A DNA stretch of 64,000 bases, taken from positions 43,499 through 107,498 of the forward strand of contig JAGCUN010000051.1 of assembly GCA_017962845.1 (NCBI GenBank), given 5' to 3'. Below, in pieces: positions 1 through 9,900 of this stretch. Position 1 is the first letter of the stretch. Each line of letters opens with the position of its first letter. This DNA is from Bacteroidales bacterium (lineage in GTDB: Bacteria > Bacteroidota > Bacteroidia > Bacteroidales > WCHB1-69). The notes under the pieces are model-generated. The model saw nothing but the letters and a program-made list of their open reading frames with translations, was not told the origin of the DNA and did not search any database. The position numbers and the translations under genes were made by a program.

Positions 1-644
1 CAGAAGACTTGCATCTTGCTGTTTCAATGCGCAGTTTTCGCGCTGAAAGTTTATCCAACATGGTGCATTATTTATTGGATGGCAATGTTGAAAAAGTTCG
101 CCAGACATATGCTGCAATATCAGATCGTTATCCCATTGTTCTGACTCGTGATTTAGATAAAGCTAAAGCGTGGTTAAAACAGCACGCACGCGGCAATGAA
201 CGATATGGTATGGTGGTTTCTTCAAAGGCATATCGACTGAAACCACTGGCAATAGATGTCCGTTGTAAACCTAATACGGTACATTGGTTTTTGGACGACA
301 TTAATGATGTTCGCTCATCATTATTTTTGGAAGATGCTGCCAGTGAATTCGATATACAGGGATTGGAGTTGGATTGGACTTGCCTTATTTGGGATGGAGA
401 TTTGCGGTATAATGGGAAAGGTTGGGACTTTTTTGAGTTTAATGGAGGAAATAAATGGAATCGAATAAATAAGAGCGAAAGAAAAGCCTATCAGTTGAAC
501 GCTTATCGTGTCCTGCTTACACGCGCACGTCAGGGTATGGTCATTTGTGTCCCAAGAGGAGATGCTGGAGACCATACAAGATTGCCAGAATTTTATGATG
601 GCACTTACGAATATTTGAAATCTATTGGATTGAAAGAAATATGA
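1..644 (+). CDS. DUF2075-type helicase-like protein, C-terminal part (5' end lies outside window)
   Basis: Frame is open to the window edge. C-terminal motif [18 protein letters not shown] is typical of DUF2075/UvrD-like C-terminal domains. Stop overlaps the next start (ATGA at 641-644). Confidence 0.6.
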   Translation, partial: EDLHLAVSMRSFRAESLSNMVHYLLDGNVEKVRQTYAAISDRYPIVLTRDLDKAKAWLKQHARGNERYGMVVSSKAYRLKPLAIDVRCKPNTVHWFLDDINDVRSSLFLEDAASEFDIQGLELDWTCLIWDGDLRYNGKGWDFFEFNGGNKWNRINKSERKAYQLNAYRVLLTRARQGMVICVPRGDAGDHTRLPEFYDGTYEYLKSIGLKEI

Positions 645-898
645 AACACACCCTCTACAAAACCCAAGGCACCTGCTCGCAGTTTATCGATGTGACCGTC
701 GATGACGAGGGCGTTATTCAGCAGGTCTTCTTCATGGGCGGATGCGACGGAAACCTCCAAGGCATCTGCCGCCTAATCACCGGCCAGAAAATCGACGACG
801 TCATCCCAAAACTCAACGGCATCCGCTGCGGCGATAAAGCCACCTCCTGTCCCGACCAGCTCTGCCGGGCACTGGAACAATTGAAAAGAAATTCATAG
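641..898 (+). CDS. TSCPD-domain protein (TIGR03905-like, 4 Cys/1 His), copy 1
   Basis: 85 aa with GGCDGNLQG and TSCPDQLC motifs. Translationally coupled to the upstream ORF. Paralog at 2001-2252. Confidence 0.75.
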   Translation: MKHTLYKTQGTCSQFIDVTVDDEGVIQQVFFMGGCDGNLQGICRLITGQKIDDVIPKLNGIRCGDKATSCPDQLCRALEQLKRNS

Positions 899-1030
899 AC
901 ATATTTATAGTTTGTCCATCCCAATATTTTGAAAATAATATGTATTTTTGCTGGTGATTTATTAGTTGCGGAAAGTGAGCTTGAGATTGAATTAACAAGT
1001 TGATTAGATAATTGATAATGAGAATCATTT

Positions 1031-1608
1031 ATGGAAGGAAACTATGACATACTTGTCAAGGAGCTCTGCAAATTGCCTAAAGAAACTGGTTGGGTGGAGT
1101 TTAAACATAATAATGATGACCCTAAAATGATAGGGGAGGATGTTTGTGCCCTTGCAAATACTGCAACATTGAAAGACCATGACTTCGCCTATATGATTTG
1201 GGGTGTCGATGATACCACGCACGATATTATAGGAACGTCTGTTAGGCTTGTGCAACTGAAGAAAGGGCAAGAAGATATTGAAAACTGGCTGCGACACCAG
1301 TTGTCGAGGAATGCAAATTTTGAATTTTTGGAAGCAGAAACAGACGGCAAACATATCGAAATAATCAGGGTTCACAAAGTATTGCATATTCCCGTCGCTT
1401 TTGAAAAAACCGAATACATACGCAGTGGGAGCTATACTAAGAAATTGAACGACTATCCCGACGTGATAGGTTTGGACTTAAAGAATCATCGGCCGGCAGT
1501 GTTTCAAGGCTTATTAAAGAAGCTGTCGAAACACATAGAATAAAGCCCATTGATCCCAATACAGCTAAAAGATATATGCGATATGTTCCTGTATGGGCGT
1601 CTGTTTAA
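1031..1608 (+). pseudogene. AlbA_2 (Schlafen-type) putative DNA-binding ATPase/regulator, internally deleted and frameshifted
   Basis: The N-terminal ~150 aa look like an AlbA_2 domain (WVEFKHNNDDP...ALANT). The ORF stops at 1543. The +2 frame from about 1475 reads SRLIKEAVETHRIKPIDPNTAKRYMRYVPVWASV*, the typical C-terminus of full-length (~450 aa) members, so the middle of the gene is missing. Confidence 0.6.
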
Positions 1609-1627
1609 TTTGCTGGTAATTTGCCAA
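1606..1627 (+). repeat. 22-nt perfect direct repeat, copy 1
   Basis: taatttgctggtaatttgccaa. Copy 2 is at 1695-1716. A degenerate copy lies near 946-967. Confidence 0.85.
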
Positions 1628-1694
1628 GATGTATAATAGGATGTGTGTGTTGCATTATAAAACATTGATAACCAGTATTATATAAATCACAATC

Positions 1695-1716
1695 TAATTT
1701 GCTGGTAATTTGCCAA
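1695..1716 (+). repeat. 22-nt perfect direct repeat, copy 2
   Basis: taatttgctggtaatttgccaa. Confidence 0.85.
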
Positions 1717-1787
1717 TGAGAAAAAAGTAATAGGTGCTGCTCCAGATGCTCGCAACAGATCGATGTGATGGATATTTGGTAGGCGAA

Positions 1788-1845
1788 GTTGGAAAAACGG
1801 ACAAAAATATATCATTTTGTGTTGGAAAAACGGACGAAACATACA
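1788..1845 (+). repeat. Two copies of GTTGGAAAAACGGAC(A/G)AAA spaced 33 nt apart
   Basis: gttggaaaaacggacaaaaatat at 1788-1810 and gttggaaaaacggacgaaacatac at 1821-1845. Confidence 0.8.
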
Positions 1846-1872
1846 TAACCCAATGATTAACAACTATTTAAA

Positions 1873-1947
1873 ATGAACCCCTCTCGCATCATCGGTATCG
1901 GAGAAACCGTATCGGACATCCTTTTCAAGGAGGATGTCTGCCAGTAA
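1873..1947 (+). pseudogene. N-terminal stub (24 codons) of a PfkB-type carbohydrate kinase
   Basis: MNPSRIIGIGETVSDILFKEDVCQ* resembles the IGIGE..DI.F start of Bacteroidales PfkB kinases. It is followed at once by a stop and then the TSCPD copy 2. Confidence 0.4.
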
Positions 1948-2000
1948 TTAGGCAATAATATCAGTGATGAACTGGTGGCAACACTGAAAAATGAACGAAT

Positions 2001-2252
2001 ATGAAACACACCCTCTACAAAACCCAAGGCACCTGCTCGCAGTTCATCGATGTGACCGTCGATGACGACGGCATCATCCAGCAAGTATCCTTCTATGGCG
2101 GATGCGACGGAAACCTCCAAGGTATTTGCCGCCTAATCACTGGCCAGAAAATCGACGACGTGATCCAAAAGCTCAACGGCATCCGCTGCGGCGATAAAGC
2201 CACCTCCTGTCCCGACCAACTTTGTCGTGCATTAGAAACCCTTAAAAAATAA
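2001..2252 (+). CDS. TSCPD-domain protein (TIGR03905-like), copy 2
   Basis: 83 aa. Seven substitutions relative to copy 1 over the aligned 83 residues. The first 44 nt are identical to copy 1. Confidence 0.8.
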   Translation: MKHTLYKTQGTCSQFIDVTVDDDGIIQQVSFYGGCDGNLQGICRLITGQKIDDVIQKLNGIRCGDKATSCPDQLCRALETLKK

Positions 2253-2257
2253 CCATT

Positions 2258-2422
2258 ATGTCCTGTCTCCGCGTTCTGTTAGCCATCATCTTCCCGCCGC
2301 TGTCGGTTATCGACAAGGGCTGCGGCTCCTTCCTGATAGTGCTGATCCTTACCGCCATCGGCTGGGTGCCCGGCGTCATCGGCGCGCTCATCATCCTCAA
2401 CAAGAGAGATGACAGGGAATAG
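2258..2422 (+). CDS. YqaE/Pmp3-family small membrane protein (54 aa, below the ORF-track cutoff)
   Basis: Manual translation gives MSCLRVLLAIIFPPLSVIDKGCGSFLIVLILTAIGWVPGVIGALIILNKRDDRE. This shows the IFPPL...GW(V/I)PG signature of UPF0057/Pmp3 with two TM helices. ATG is at 2258 and TAG at 2420-2422. Confidence 0.7.
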   Translation: MSCLRVLLAIIFPPLSVIDKGCGSFLIVLILTAIGWVPGVIGALIILNKRDDRE

Positions 2423-2498
2423 ACGCTCTATAGAATGGTGTCGGTTCATAAGTGCAAAAAAATTAAAAATCAGCTGCACGTCATTCGGAAAAAAGTAG

Positions 2499-2506
2499 TA
2501 TTTTTG
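2499..2506 (+). promoter_or_regulatory. Candidate Bacteroidetes -7 box (TAnnTTTG) for the pyr leader
   Basis: TATTTTTG. Lies ~30 nt upstream of the first leader hairpin. Confidence 0.45.
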
Positions 2507-2536
2507 CAGCCAATATGCACCAAAGAGAAAGAACAC

Positions 2537-2583
2537 CGGAAATCCCTAATACAGCGCTGAGCTGTAAGGGTTTCCGTTTTTTT
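2537..2583 (+). terminator. Intrinsic-terminator-like hairpin 1 in the pyr leader (candidate attenuator)
   Basis: CGGAAA(T)CCCT..ACAGC-gctga-GCTGT..AGGGTTTCCG, followed by TTTTTTT (2577-2583). Confidence 0.6.
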
Positions 2584-2590
2584 ATTGTAT

Positions 2591-2621
2591 AAGTGACTTA
2601 TTTTTAAGTCACTTTTTTTTT
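2591..2621 (+). terminator. Intrinsic-terminator-like hairpin 2 in the pyr leader, ending 10 nt before the pyrK ATG
   Basis: Perfect 10-bp stem AAGTGACTTA-tttt-TAAGTCACTT followed by a T-run. Confidence 0.6.
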
Positions 2622-2631
2622 GTAAAGAAAG

Positions 2632-4259
<1,628 letters not shown>

Positions 4260-4260
4260 T

Positions 4261-4974
4261 ATGGCAAAAGACGTAATCATCGCATTAGATTTCAACACAG
4301 CGGAAGAAACCTTGAAATTTTTGGAAGGTTTCAAAGATTTGCATCCCTACGTAAAAATCGGTATGGAGTTGTATTATGCGGAAGGCCCGGCCATGGTGCG
4401 GGAGCTGAAACGCAGAGGCTACCACGTGTTCCTCGACCTGAAGTTGCACGACATTCCGAACACGGTGCGCAAGTCGATGAAAGTGCTGGCGGGCATGGGC
4501 GTTGACATCTGCAACCTGCATGCGGCGGGCACCACGGCGATGATGCGGGCCGCCCTGGAGGGACTGACCGAAGGCAGCAACGGCGGGCCGCGTCCCCTGC
4601 TGATTGCGGTGACGCAGCTCACCTCCACCAGCGAGGAGGTGATGCGCAAGGAGTTGCTGATCGACCATCCGATTGGGGAGACGGTGCGCCACTATGCCAT
4701 GAACGCCCGCGAGGCGGGTCTCGACGGGGTGGTATGTTCGCCGCTGGAGGCCGGCATCGTAAAGGAGGCGTGCGGCAGCCACTTCCTGACCGTGACACCG
4801 GGCGTGCGCTTTGCCGACTCGTCCACCGACGACCAGTCGCGGGTCACCACGCCGGCACGTGCGCGCGAGCTGGGCTCCGACTACATCGTGGTGGGCCGCC
4901 CCATCACCCAGGCCCCCGACCCCGTGGCCGCCTACCTGCGCTGCAAAAAGGAATTTCTGGGAATGGAAAATTGA
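4261..4974 (+). CDS. pyrF: Orotidine-5'-phosphate decarboxylase
   Basis: MAKDVIIALDF...DLKLHDIPNTV motifs. The track start at 4252 is a TTG; the ATG at 4261 is preferred. Confidence 0.9.
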   Translation: MAKDVIIALDFNTAEETLKFLEGFKDLHPYVKIGMELYYAEGPAMVRELKRRGYHVFLDLKLHDIPNTVRKSMKVLAGMGVDICNLHAAGTTAMMRAALEGLTEGSNGGPRPLLIAVTQLTSTSEEVMRKELLIDHPIGETVRHYAMNAREAGLDGVVCSPLEAGIVKEACGSHFLTVTPGVRFADSSTDDQSRVTTPARARELGSDYIVVGRPITQAPDPVAAYLRCKKEFLGMEN

Positions 4975-4977
4975 AAC

Positions 4978-5005
4978 GTAGAGACGTTGCGCGCAACGTT
5001 TCTAC
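4978..5005. repeat. REP family 1 hairpin (variant) in the pyrF-pyrE spacer
   Basis: gtagagacgttgcgcgcaacgtttctac, with a GTAGAGACG...CGT(T)TCTAC stem. Confidence 0.7.
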
Positions 5006-5045
5006 ATTCAACAAATCAACGATTCAACAAAAACAACATCATATC

Positions 5046-5657
5046 ATGAAATCACAAGAAATTGCATCTGAACTCTTGAAAATCGGGGCGGTGTTTTTGC
5101 GCCCTGACGACCCGTTTACATGGGCCAGTGGTATCAAAAGTCCCATCTACTGCGACAACCGGCTGGTGCTGTCGGCGCCGGCGGCACGGAATAAGGTGGA
5201 GCAGGGCTTGGCGGAACTGGTACGCGAGCACTACCCCAACTGCGAAATGCTGATGGGTACGGCCACGGCGGGTATCGCCCATGCCGCCATCGTGTCGGAG
5301 CTGCTGAACCTGCCGATGGGCTACGTGCGCTCCTCGGCCAAGTCGCACGGCCGCACCAACCGTATTGAAGGAAAGATGGAGGCCGGCACCCGCGTGGTGG
5401 TCATCGAGGACCTCATCTCCACGGGCGGCAGTTGCATCGAGGTGGTGGACGCGCTCCGCGAGGCCGGTGCCGAAGTGCTGGGCGTCATCAGCATCTTCAC
5501 CTACGGTTTGAAAGCCGCCACCCACAACTTTGCGGAAGCCAAAACCGAGTACCACTCCCTCTCCAACCTCGACGCACTGGTGGAAGTGGCCATCGCCGAG
5601 AAATACATCACACCCGAACAAAAACAGACAGTGCTTGAGTTCCGGAATAATTTATGA
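5046..5657 (+). CDS. pyrE: Orotate phosphoribosyltransferase
   Basis: Internal ATG of ORF 4734-5657. MKSQEIASELLKIGAVFLRP...VVVIEDLISTGGS is a PRPP-binding motif. Confidence 0.9.
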   Translation: MKSQEIASELLKIGAVFLRPDDPFTWASGIKSPIYCDNRLVLSAPAARNKVEQGLAELVREHYPNCEMLMGTATAGIAHAAIVSELLNLPMGYVRSSAKSHGRTNRIEGKMEAGTRVVVIEDLISTGGSCIEVVDALREAGAEVLGVISIFTYGLKAATHNFAEAKTEYHSLSNLDALVEVAIAEKYITPEQKQTVLEFRNNL

Positions 5658-5806
5658 GGAAAAGATGAAAGGATGAAGGGATGAAGGGATGAAGGGATGA
5701 ATGACAGGTTGCCACCTTTACCTTAACTTCTTCACTTCTTAACTCCTTAACTCAAAATCAACGAATCAACAAATAAACAAATAAACAATAAAAAAAAACA
5801 ATCATT
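5644..5806 (+). repeat. Strand-asymmetric tandem-repeat spacer between pyrE and pyrB
   Basis: 5644-5704 has no C and holds ATGAAGGG units. 5712-5806 has a single G and holds CTTAACT-type then CAACAAATAAA-type units. Confidence 0.85.
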
Positions 5807-6889
5807 ATGAAACATTTAATCGACCCTACCGACATCACGGTAGAAGAAACTGATGAAATCATCCACCTTGCGCTGGATATTATCGCCAACCCGAAAAAAT
5901 ATGCGGAGCACTGCAAGGGCAAGAAGTTAGCCACTCTGTTTTATGAGCCGAGCACCCGTACTCGTCTGAGTTTCACAGCGGCCATGATGGAGTTGGGTGG
6001 CAACGTGCTGGGGTTCTCCGAGGCAGCCAGCTCCTCCACCGCCAAGGGCGAGTCGGTACAGGACACCGCCAAGACGGTGAGTTGCTTCGCCGACCTGATT
6101 GCTATGCGTCACTTCATCGAGGGCGCACCGTTTGCTGCCTCCAAGGTATCGGGCGTGCCGATCATCAACGCCGGCGACGGCAGCCACAGCCACCCCACCC
6201 AGACCCTCACCGACCTGCTGACCATCACCCGCGAGTTGGGCCGTCTTGACAACTTCACCATCGGCTTCTGCGGCGACCTGAAGTTCGGCCGTACCGTTCA
6301 CTCCCTCATCAAATCGCTTTCCACCCGTTCCAATGTCAAGGTGGTGCTGATTGCCCCGCAGGAACTGCGTCTGCCCGGCTACATCCGTCACGACGTGTGC
6401 GAGCGCCTCGGCGTTGAGTACAAGGAGGTTAGCACGATGGAAGAGGTGATGCCCGAGCTGGATGTGCTCTACATGACCCGCGTGCAGAAAGAGCGTTTCT
6501 TGGATGAAGATGAGTTCGACCGCGTAAAAGACAGCTTCGTGCTCGACCGCAAGAAGATGGCACTGGCCAAACGCGACATGGCCGTGTTGCACCCGCTGCC
6601 GCGCGTGAACGAAATCCTCACCGAGGTGGACTCCGACCCGCGTGCCGCTTACTTCCGTCAGGTAGAGAACGGAAAATTTGTCCGTATGGCTTTGATTTGC
6701 AAATTATTGGATTGGAAAAACGACCCCGAACACGATACGCCCATCCATTACGAAGCCTTCGAAGACAAGACCCGTTGCTGCTCCAACGCTAAGTGTATCA
6801 GCAACTTGGAAAAAGTTCCGTTGTTGTTCCGCCACACCGAAAACGGTCCCGACCGTTGTATTTATTGCGATAACAAACCGAGGGAATAA
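5807..6889 (+). CDS. pyrB: Aspartate carbamoyltransferase catalytic chain with a C-terminal PyrI-type zinc-domain extension
   Basis: STRTR, HPTQ and HPLPR motifs are present. The canonical PyrB sequence ends near ALICKLLDW. An extra ~57 aa contains CSNAKCIS...(20 aa)...CIYC, matching the CxNxxCI(S/T)...CxYC zinc domain of PyrI. Confidence 0.85.
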   Translation: MKHLIDPTDITVEETDEIIHLALDIIANPKKYAEHCKGKKLATLFYEPSTRTRLSFTAAMMELGGNVLGFSEAASSSTAKGESVQDTAKTVSCFADLIAMRHFIEGAPFAASKVSGVPIINAGDGSHSHPTQTLTDLLTITRELGRLDNFTIGFCGDLKFGRTVHSLIKSLSTRSNVKVVLIAPQELRLPGYIRHDVCERLGVEYKEVSTMEEVMPELDVLYMTRVQKERFLDEDEFDRVKDSFVLDRKKMALAKRDMAVLHPLPRVNEILTEVDSDPRAAYFRQVENGKFVRMALICKLLDWKNDPEHDTPIHYEAFEDKTRCCSNAKCISNLEKVPLLFRHTENGPDRCIYCDNKPRE

Positions 6890-6904
6890 TTCCCAACATT
6901 TTTG

Positions 6905-6912
6905 TATCTTTG
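6905..6912 (+). promoter_or_regulatory. Candidate -7 box (TAnnTTTG)
   Basis: TATCTTTG, 26 nt upstream of ATG 6938. Confidence 0.5.
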
Positions 6913-6937
6913 CCGCGTTAAACTGAAAAAAAAGGCA

Positions 6938-9900
6938 ATGTTACAGAACATCACATCGAAAATACGCAGCTGGCTGTTGTTGGTCAGCTGCATTTTTTGT
7001 TGTGTGATGGCCGATGGGCACAAGCGCGACTCGCTCACCACGGGCGACTTGGAGTTCATCGCCAACCTCGGACAGTGGGAGCAACAGGTACTGTTCAAGG
7101 CTCCCTTGCACGGCGGCGCCTTCTTCGCCGAACGCGACTGTTTCACCATCGTGGTGCTGTCGCCCCAGCAGCTGGACGCTTTCTACGAGGCCAAATTCAA
7201 CCCCGATGCCAAGGTGTCGAAATGGATGGACGCTGCAGCATACAAAGTTCATTTTTTGAATGCCAATGATGATGTGAGGATAGAAGGTTGGGAGAAAAAA
7301 GTAGGGCATTACAACTATTTTATAGGAAAAGACACTTCCAAATGGAAAAGCGAAGTTCCTCGTTATCACGAAGTTAAATATAATGATTTATATTCAGGAA
7401 TCGATTTGCTGCTCACCCAGTCGGGTTGCCAGATGAAATACGAGTTCACCATCGCCCCCGGCGCTTCACCCTCGCTGATCCAGATGGACTACGACGGTGT
7501 GCAGAACCTGTCGGTGAGCAAGGGCGACTTGGTGGTGACTACGGCGGTGATGCAGATTTTGGAGCTGAAACCATACGCCTACCAGATAGCAGCCGACGGC
7601 AGCCGCACGACGGTGGAGTGCCGCTATCAGGTGAAGGGCAAACAGCTCGCCTTCGAGGTGGGCGACTACGACCCCACCCAGCCGTTGGTTATCGACCCCA
7701 CCCTCATCTTCGCTTCCCTATCGGGTTCTACTGCCGACAACTGGGGCTACACGGCCACCTTCGACAAGGAGGGCAACCTCTACTCGGGCGGCAACGCCTT
7801 CAGCGTGGGCTACCCCGTCAACACCGGCAGTTTCCAGGTGAACTACGGCGGCGGGGCCACCGACATCGCCATCTCGAAATTCGATGCGGGCGGTTCTTTC
7901 CTGCACTATACCACCTACTTGGGCGGCAACAGCGCGGAAGTGCCACACAGCATGTTTGTGAACGAGAATAACGAGCTGTACGTCTATGGTACGACCAGCT
8001 CCACCAACTTTGCCGTCACACCAGGTGCCTACGATGTCACCTTCAACGGCGGCGACTCCTATACCCTCACCAGCACCGTAATTTTCGAGAACGGCTCCGA
8101 CATCGTCATCGCCAAGTTCAGCGACGACGGCTCCAACCTGCTGGCCTGCACCTACGTGGGGGGCAGCCGCAACGACGGACTGAACACAGTGACCGACCTG
8201 CGGAAAAACTACGCTGACGAGGTGCGTGGCGAGATTATCCTCGATGAACAGAGCAACGTGTATGTGGCCTCCTGCACACAGTCGGTCAACTTCCCCGTGA
8301 CCGCCGGCGTACTCGACTCCACCTACAACGGCTCGCCACAGGACGGCTGCATTGTGAAGTTCAGCCATGACCTCTCCACCCTGATATGGGGCACCTACAT
8401 TGGAGGCAGTGCCAACGATGCGGCCTATAGTCTGGTGCAGGCCTCCGACCACTCGCTGTACGTGTGCGGCGGCACCACCTCCACCGACCTTCCCACCTCC
8501 TCCACGGCCTACCAGCCACAATACGGGGGCGGCGACAACGACGGCTTCGTGGTGCATATCAACCCCAACGCCACCCAGATTCTTCATCTTACCTATTTAG
8601 GAAAAAACAATTACGACCAGGCCTATCAGGTAAAACTCGACCGCTTCGACCATCCGCATATCTTCGGTCAGACCTACGCCAGCGGCATGGCATGGGTGTA
8701 TAACGCACAGTGGTACATCCCCAATGGCGGTCAGTTTCTCACCAAGCTCTCCCCGGCGCTCGACACCATCGTGTGGTCCACCGCCTTCGGTACCGGCAAC
8801 CTCGGATTGGACATCTCGCCCACTGCCCTCCTCGTAGATTTGTGCAACAACATCTACCTGTCGGGATGGGGCAGCCAGACCACCAACTTCGGGCAGGGCG
8901 GCACCAGCGGAATGCCCATCACCGCCGATGCCTACCAGATCACTACCGACAATAACGACTACTACTTCCTATGCATCACCGACGACGCCTCCGACATCGT
9001 GTACGGCACCTTCTTCGGCAGCAGCGACGCCCGCGAGCATGTGGATGGCGGTACGAGCCGCTTCGACAACAAAGGGCGTATCTATCAAGCCGTTTGCGCG
9101 GCCTGCGGCGGACACCACTTCCCCGCCACGCCCGGTGCCTACGCCACCAACAACGGCAGCTACAACTGCAACATCGGAGTCATCAAGTTCGACTTCAACC
9201 TGCCAGCCGTTGTCGCCGACTTCTACATCCCCAACACCGTATGCGCCCCCATCAACCTCGAATTTCACAACACCTCCCAGCGCATCAGCGACTCCACCAC
9301 CTTCCACTGGGACTTCGGCGATGGCACCACCTCCACCCAAGAAAATCCCACCCATTATTACACCCAATCAGGCACTTACACCATCACCTTGGTGGCCCAA
9401 GATGCTGGCAGCTGCAACTTCGCCGACTCCATCTCCCGCCAGGTGGTCGTGCTCTCCAACTCCAACAGCACCCTCTCCGAAACGGGTTTCTGCGAAGGCG
9501 AGTACGTGCAGATCGGCATCCCGCCCTCCGGCAACGCCAACCTCACCTACAACTGGTCGCCTACCACCGACCTCTCTAATCCCACCATCTCCAACCCTAT
9601 CGCCAGCCCGTCGGCCACCACCACTTACCAGCTCTTCATCACCGACGGTGTGTGCTGGGACACCATCACCCAGACCGTAGTGGTAGAAGACCTCGTCATC
9701 AGCGCGGGTGACGACCAGGTGGTTTGTCTCGGCGATGCCGCCACCCTCACGGCCACCACCAACGGCACGGCCACCTCATACGAGTGGGCCACCGACCCGC
9801 ATTTCACCCACATCCTCAACCCCACCACCACGCAATCCACCATCACCGTAACTCCCACAGCTACTACCACTTACTACCTTCGTGTGCGCGGTACCTATTG

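Noticed and set aside
6902-6937. Track start (TTG) of the giant T9SS ORF
   Set aside because: The TAnnTTTG box at 6905-6912 lies inside this extension. ATG 6938 opens a proper signal peptide.
8928-9680. 250-aa Pro/Thr/Ser-rich ORF, along with several other alternative-frame ORFs inside 6938-11845
   Set aside because: These are alternative frames of the giant T9SS gene, whose own frame carries PKD, SprB and CHU_C motifs. The composition is an artefact of GC-rich codons.
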